This document shows, piece by piece, positions 31,396 through 32,000 of a stretch of DNA of 32,000 nucleotides (position 1 is the first letter of the stretch; each line of letters begins with the position of its first letter). The translations under genes were made by a program, and so were the position numbers. Under the pieces are notes generated by a model that searched no databases, was not told where the DNA came from, and was given only the letters and a program-made list of their open reading frames with translations. The DNA is taken from NCBI RefSeq assembly GCF_013365455.1, contig NZ_CP046578.1, forward strand, positions 540,001-572,000. Reading direction: 5' to 3'. Source of the DNA: Wolbachia endosymbiont of Dirofilaria (Dirofilaria) immitis (GTDB taxonomy: Bacteria; Pseudomonadota; Alphaproteobacteria; Rickettsiales; Anaplasmataceae).

Positions 31396-32000
31396 CTAAG
31401 CTTCATTAGCAAAATGGAAAGTAAGACCAGCTTCTATACCATGTGTAGTCAATAACCCACTACTCGCATTTATATTCTCTTGTTTTTCAATACCTATTAG
31501 TGGAATTCCTCTAACACTGTCGTCAAGAAGTGTCGATCTTGTTCCTGAAGTACCTGACTTTACTTCTCCCAATAAATCTGCTTTTAGCTTATAGCCTTTA
31601 CTAAAGGCACCAAAATGTCTATATCCAACACGCATATTTACATCTTTGTTTATTCGATAAGCAAGACCAGCTTTTAATTGATATGCAGGTCCTACTGATG
31701 CCTCACCAAACATTTTCATTCTTGTTAAACCGATTCCAGCTCCAATGTAAGGAAAGAAAGAGAAACTATCACTTTTTAAGTAATAGCAAGCATTTGCCAT
31801 TATAGATGTGTTCTCAATTCGGTCATTATCAACTTTAGCAGCATACATGTAAGTTTTTCTGTTTTCACCTTCCCCAATCACCCTAAAGTACAATACACTC
31901 ACCCAGTTACCTTTCAAGCCAATATTATCTGCCTTTACAGAAGAATACATCCCTTCTAATTCAGCTCTATAATTATTGTTACCTAACTTTCCTTCATAAC
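31396..32000 (-). CDS. P44/Msp2/P28-type surface antigen (Surface_Ag_2-like outer-membrane beta-barrel), partial, N-terminus beyond window end
   Basis: Alternating beta-strand pattern with YLKSDSFSFFPYIGAGIGLTRMKMFGEASVGPAYQLKAGLAYRINKDVNMRVGYRHFGAF and C-terminal TTHGIEAGLTFHFANEA. The supplied ORF starts at an internal Met (31950); my translation upstream stays open to the window edge (...YEGKLGNNNYRAELEGMYSS...). Confidence 0.8.
   Translation of the reverse strand, partial: YEGKLGNNNYRAELEGMYSSVKADNIGLKGNWVSVLYFRVIGEGENRKTYMYAAKVDNDRIENTSIMANACYYLKSDSFSFFPYIGAGIGLTRMKMFGEASVGPAYQLKAGLAYRINKDVNMRVGYRHFGAFSKGYKLKADLLGEVKSGTSGTRSTLLDDSVRGIPLIGIEKQENINASSGLLTTHGIEAGLTFHFANEA

Noticed and set aside
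1-32000. CRISPR array, transposase, integrase, phage, toxin-antitoxin or defence-island genes
   Set aside because: No regularly spaced repeats and no proteins of these families among the translated ORFs; content is almost entirely housekeeping genes.

Overview
This AT-rich window looks like a chromosomal stretch of an Anaplasmataceae member (Ehrlichia/Neoehrlichia-like alphaproteobacterium). The taxonomy is an inference from gene content, the large decayed-looking intergenic gaps and a P44/Msp2-type surface antigen fragment. About 77% is coding. Recognisable genes are murG (partial), lpdA, pleD-like, a TatB-like ORF, the large NAD-glutamate dehydrogenase, clpB, lipA, rpmB, a DUF721/DciA-like ORF, iscX, tRNA-Leu(UAA), rpsD, tkt, prmC, ccmF, secF, yidC, ribH, nusB, infA, maf, an AGCS-type sodium:alanine symporter and a partial outer-membrane antigen. 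I found no CRISPR array, transposon, phage, toxin-antitoxin or recognisable defence locus, and no convincing new multi-gene system. The observations most worth follow-up are: (1) a decayed minus-strand gene visible as successive out-of-frame peptide blocks around 28.5-29.05 kb; (2) a GC-rich inverted-repeat island at 31.27-31.34 kb between the antigen gene and the symporter; (3) a tightly packed clpB / GDH / TatB-like / pleD run; (4) an unusual TatB-like N-terminus; (5) a 17-bp direct repeat upstream of secF; (6) several gene overlaps suggesting translational coupling.
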